NCBI RefSeq assembly: GCF_006345805.1
Contig: NC_043013.1
Location: 5,270,001-5,334,000, forward strand
DNA from: Octopus sinensis
Lineage: Eukaryota
Reading direction: 5' to 3'
Length of the DNA: 64,000 nucleotides
Every line of letters starts with the position of its first letter. Within the stretch, counting starts at the first letter, position 1. Under the pieces are notes generated by a model. The model did no database searches. It saw nothing but the letters and a program-made list of their open reading frames with translations, and was not told the origin of the DNA. This document shows positions 58,970 through 64,000 of this stretch, piece after piece. The position numbers and the translations under genes were made by a program.

Positions 58970-60597
58970 TGAATACATTCTATAAAGTGGTTGGCATTAG
59001 GAAGGGCGTCCAGCTATAGAAACACTGCTGCCAAAAGAGACAATAAGAGCCCATTGCAGCTCTCTGGCTTGCCAGCTCCTGCCCAGACTTCAGGTGATAG
59101 TTGTAAACGAATGTCACTGTTATGAAAGCAGCATCCTTCCATTCCAATCTTTTGTGAATACAAGTCTGGTGATGCGAATATTACCTTACTTGGAGACAGG
59201 TGAGGTTCAATGACAGGAAAAGCATCCAGCTGTAGAAGATGGCCCTCAACAGATTTCATCTGAGCTATGCAAGCATGGAAATGTGGATATTAAAATGATG
59301 ACGATACTAGAATGTTTTCTATCACATGATGATTAACTTTGAAAATATACTTTTGTCCCCATGGGTAACATCAGGAAATATGGTATAAATACAATATTAC
59401 CAATTTAACTTTCATCAAATTTCTTGGTGCTTATACAGATGATGAAATAATACCAATTCTCAAAAGAAAAATATTTATTACCTCAAAATAAAATTAAAAC
59501 TAATTTCTCATCTGTAAAACTGTCATTTAGTCCCTTGACTTCTCTTCCATTTCTATAATGCTTTTTTTCTTACTGTGTGTGTAGCATTCTTTTACTCATT
59601 GCCTGTCACTAAGCCTAGTATGTGTACTCCTCCTAACTCTCCCTCTATGATTGGAGAAATCAACCAACTAACATTTATATCTGACACACAAACACACGTT
59701 TTGTGGAGTGTTTTCCTTTTAAAATACACTGCATTGGCGCATTCTTATTATTTCTTCACAACGGTCAACAATCTACCGGCAACCATCTGTTTTAAATTTA
59801 TACAGCGGATCAAAAAAGAAAAAAAAGCAGGTTGAAAGTGGTAACCCTCACACCTTTTTCAGTGGTATATAAGAATAATGTATCTTTTCCTCGTTTAAGA
59901 TGGTGATATGTGATTCGATGGATATTTAACCGCTATTTCTACAAGATCGAACAATCATGAGGAATCTCCCTCCGTGGATCCATCACCCAAGGGAGAGAAA
60001 TCCTTAAAACCGAGATTGATAAAAAAAAAAGAAGCTACAAAAAAAAACTACTGTACTAGGGAAGTAATTCAGATTTCTTAATGGTAACGAGATGAAATCT
60101 TTTTGATACAAAAATGTAGTTTAAAATAGATTTCATTAATTGTTCTTTAACTCTTCATACAGTAATTACTAGATAAGCGAACTACACCAACGAGGGAGAA
60201 TACGTGTTTCATCATGCTACTAGAAACAGCAGCCAAGTCAGCCTCATATCACACATTTGTCTTTGAAGAAAAGCAAAGGAAACGTTTAACAAAGTCACCT
60301 AGATATATACAAAAAGTTGTGATGGGCATGGCCGGAATCGCTTTCATCATCGATGAGTATTGAGCTATAACTAAATATGGATGTGAAAACAAGCACAGGC
60401 ATGGCTGTGAGGTTAATTAGCTTACTCTTCAACCACTTGGTACTGAGTTCAGTTCCTCTGCATGGCACCTTGGGCAAGTGTCTTTTACTATAGTTCTGGG
60501 CTGGTCAAAAGCTTGTGAGTCGATTTGATAGATGGAAACCGAGTGGAAGCCTATTGTGTGTATGTTTGTATATACATATATATAGTATCTCTGCTGG

Positions 60598-61072
60598 ATG
60601 TGTAATGTAAATGTACATGTTCGACAGAATGCTAGTGTTTTGAGAGAGAAGTTAGGCACAAGAGGAATTAGTTGCTGTGAGGAAAAGACAAGACTGCTCT
60701 GGTTCGGTCAAGTGATGTGTAGGGACAATGACAGCCCCATAAAGACATACCGATCTCTCAAAGCGGACGGAACACATGGGATGAGGTAGTGAAGAACAAC
60801 CATGGGACAGCAAACATTTTAGGTGAGGTGGCACGTAAAAAGCACCATCCGATTGTGGCCATTGCCAGCCTCGTCTGGCACCTGTGCAGGTGGCACGTAA
60901 AAAGCACCCACTACACTCACGGAGTGGTTGGCGTTAGGAAGGGCATCCAGCTGTAGAAACATTGCCAGATAAGACTGGAGCCTGGTGCAGCCTTCTGGCT
61001 TTCCAGACCCCAGTTGAACCGTCCAACCCATGCTAGCATGGAGAACGGACATTAAACGATGATGATGATGAT
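60598..61072 (+). mobile_element. 5'-truncated, internally deleted RTE: ORF C-terminus joined to the (GAT)n-tailed 3' end
   Basis: NVHVRQNASVLREKLGTRGISC.EEKTRLLWFGQV aligns to NVSVHNRQSVSTLREKLNLRSVSCGVQERRLRWYGHV; then GTGGCAC subrepeats and (GAT)n. Confidence 0.75.
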
Positions 61073-63441
61073 AAAGGGCTGAGATGCCTGGAACTTTGCT
61101 TACTCAACAGAAGTGTTAAGATCAGTCCCTCTGATGTTGAAAATCACCCATGTAGCACCACGTAAAAGTGCCTAGCACTCTGTAAAGTGCTTGTTATTAA
61201 GGACATCCAGCTGTAGAAACTATACCAAATCAGACTTGAGCTTGGTGCAGCTCCCCAGCTCAAGTCAAACCTTCCAATCCATGCCAGCATGGATAACAGA
61301 CGTTAAATGATGATGATGACATATATCTACATCTATCTATCTATCTCTGGCACGTAAAAAGCATCCACTACACTCAGGGAGTGGTTGGCGTTAGGAAGGG
61401 CATCCAGCTGTAGAAACACTGCCAGATTTTACTGGGCCTTGCGCAGCCTTCTGGCTTCCCAGACCCCAGTTGAACCGTTCAACCCATGCTAGCATGGAAA
61501 ATGGACGTTAAACAATGATGATGATGACATACACACATGTAAAGGTAGGTTGGTATTTCCTTGTCTTGACATTGTCAGACAAGCAGTGTCCTTCATTTCC
61601 AATCTTCCACGAAAGTATTTCTGGTCATGTGGGAAAATTAACAAACCTGGAAATAGGTGAGGGTTGAGATAGGAAAGGCATCCTGTCATAGACAAATCCA
61701 TCCCCAAAAATTCATTCCAGCCTATGCAAGTAAGGAAAAGTGGACATTAAAACAAAGGTGATGATTCATGTGTGTTGGAAACAAGTAAAATGCTTTCTAA
61801 TGCTTACATCAAGTATACTAAATAGTTTATTGTTTTATGCATGAAGATTTAACGTCTCAGAGATTTTGACAAGGACTCTTTCTTCATTCTTTTTGCAATG
61901 ATATACCTGTGTGAATATGTATTCAGCTTTCTTTTGTCAAGACAAAATCTAGGAAATCTGTCTAGTCAGAATTGCAGACAGAAATCAGCATGGAAGTTCT
62001 ACATTTTGATAAAGTCATGAATGAGGAAAACAAAGAAATCACTGCGACAATGGTTGGTATTGTGTTTACTGTTCGTAGAGACACACGAGAATTTAGTGAA
62101 TAAACTGCTTTGTTGAGAAGAAAGAGCAGGAAGCAGGATCGATTGACAGATAGATAGAGAGGGGAATAAATAGATAGAAAGATAGAAGCAGATATATATA
62201 TTAGATAGACAGATGAACAAACAGATAGAAAGAGGAGAGACAGACAGAAACAGAGGAAATAATAGCTGGACATTAGTGATGGATGGAAACAAATGACCAA
62301 ATGCTGGCCCCAGGACATGCATCCTACAGTGCATAGTCTGTATTTGTCCCCCCCCCAACATCGCTTGACAATCGATGCTGGTTTGTTTACATCCCCATAA
62401 CTTAGCGGTTCGGCAAAAGAGGCTGATAGAATAAGTACTAGGCTTACAAAGAATAAGTCCTGGGGTCGATTTGCTCGACCAAAGGTGGTGCTCCAGCATG
62501 GCCGCAGTAAAATGACTGAAACAAGTAAAAGAGTATGTATTTGGTTTAAATATTTTTATCTCTCAGTATGTGTGCATGTCATTGTCTTGATATCATGTGA
62601 TAGTTGTAAATGAGTGTCACTGTCATACAAGTGGTGTACATTTCCAATGTTTTATGAAAAAGTGTCCAACCATGGGGGGAAACATTACTCTCACTTGGAA
62701 ACAGGCAAGGGTTGGTGACAGGTAGGGCATCCAGCCATAAAAAAATCTGTTTCAATAAATCCCATCAAATTCATGAAAGTAAGGAAGAATGAATATTTGA
62801 TGGTAAAACAAGGAGCGATTCTAAAAATGCATGGCGGTAAAAGAATAGGGTAGTTGATAGGTGTACGGTTCTACAAGATGCGAGTAGTAATCAGAAACAC
62901 AACCAGAACAATTTGGGGGATTGGATCATGGAAGAAGCCTTCCTTATATTGTTCCCATTCATTTCCATGAACACGTGAAGGGTGAAGTTCATCCAGAGAG
63001 AATATTTGGAAATTTAATTTGTGGTATAAATGAAGTTTATATTTTAATTGAAATCAGTGCACCTCAACTGGGGTCCACTTGACCCTTAGAGGTCCTTATA
63101 AGATTTGTTAAAATTTATCTGCAATTGGTTATGCTTCTACAATAAACAAAATATTTAAACAATTTTTTTTTTTTAGATTACTTACATTTGACGGATATTT
63201 GTCATCTTGTTTGTTGGCTGATATACCCTCCACAGCCTTCTTCAGGTATCTTGGGGGAAATTTCAAACCTGGGTTCTCATTCCTAAGGTATTTTTCCTAT
63301 GTTGTTGTTGTTATTATATTTTTGCAATTAAATATTATTAGGGATAGTATAAAAAAAAAATTCAGTTCTATATTTAAGAGATGAGGAATAATGTACATTA
63401 TTTGCATTTGACGGATATTTGTCCTCGTCTTGTTTGTTGTT

Positions 63442-63487
63442 AACACAATGTTTCAGCTGATATACCCTCCATCCTTCATCAGGTGTC
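63442..63487 (-). ncRNA. Type I hammerhead ribozyme motif, family F1, left arm
   Basis: Reverse complement GACAC-CTGATGA-A-GGATG...CAGCT-GAAAC-ATT/GTGTT. Confidence 0.65.
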
Positions 63488-63738
63488 TTGGGGAAATTTC
63501 GAACCTGGGTTTTCATTCGTAAGGTATTTTTAGATATTATTATTCAGGTCACTGCCTGGAATTGAACTTGGAATCTTGGGGTTAGTAGCCCGCACTCTTG
63601 GCCACTATGCCATATGCCCGTGGGTTAAGAGCACAAGGCACTAACCCCAAGATTCCAAGTTTGATTCCAGGCAGTGACCTGAATAATAATATCTAAAAAT
63701 ACCTTACGAATGAGAACCCAGGTTCGAAATTTCCCCAA

Positions 63739-63784
63739 GACACCTGATGAAGGCTGGAGGGTATATCAGCTGAAACATTGTGTT
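63739..63784 (+). ncRNA. Type I hammerhead ribozyme motif, family F1, right arm
   Basis: GACAC-CTGATGA-A-GGCTG(GAGGGTATAT)CAGCT-GAAAC-ATT/GTGTT; two CpG-type transitions relative to CAGCCGAAACGTT seen at 52077-52094. Confidence 0.72.
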
Positions 63785-64000
63785 AACAACAAACAAGACG
63801 AGGACAAATATCCGTCAAATGCAAATAATGTACATTATTCCTCATCTCTTAAATATAGAACTGAATTTTTTTTTATACTATCCCTAATAATATTTAATTG
63901 CAAAAATATAATAGGATTTTTTAAACAGCAAATGGTTATGACAGTCCATTTGAGAGAAACAGGAATCAAAGAGGTCCATAAGCAAAAAAAAAAAAGTTGA

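Larger units (their letters stand above)
63312..63913. mobile_element. Inverted duplication of a tRNA-headed, hammerhead-bearing element (family F1)
   Basis: Arms 63312-63586 and 63640-63913 are near-perfect reverse complements; minus-strand A box TGGCATAGTGG (63612-63602) and B box GTTCAATTCC (63567-63558). Confidence 0.88.

Noticed and set aside
61990-62103. Small plus-strand ORF MEVLHFDKVMNEENKEITATMVGIVFTVRRDTREFSE
   Set aside because: Only 37 codons, no linked upstream exon found and no family recognised.

Overview
AT-rich, intron-containing animal DNA dense in repeats. The SINE/LINE/microsatellite complement looks like an octopus-type cephalopod genome (inference). Three protein-coding genes can be reconstructed by hand. 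(1) The last two exons of a + strand gene with a YxN/PxxPxR tail (1484-2717). (2) A complete 5-exon RPS15 (+, 23717-33014, 152 aa) with a TCT/TOP start and two SNORD29-like C/D snoRNAs in intron 4. (3) A complete 8-coding-exon secreted protein (-, 45388-33448, 605 aa) with signal peptide, PAN/apple, low-complexity, chitin-binding-like and LamG-like modules, resembling Pif-type shell matrix proteins; it lies tail-to-tail with RPS15. The rest is mobile DNA: a near-full-length dead RTE LINE with a 2.5 kb tandem array of its own 3' end, CR1, mariner and Tc1 relics, a solo LTR-like element, TTAA MITEs, a Helitron-like element and many tRNA-derived SINEs. The main hidden signal is RNA-level. There are five unrelated families of minimal type I hammerhead ribozyme motifs (Penelope-like), mostly in outward-facing inverted pairs. 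One family sits behind a tRNA-like Pol III head and one has a G3:C8 covariant core. There is also a 5S rRNA-headed SINE-like insertion sharing its tail with the tRNA SINEs. All calls are by eye without database searches, and most ribozyme copies carry lesions and are probably relics.
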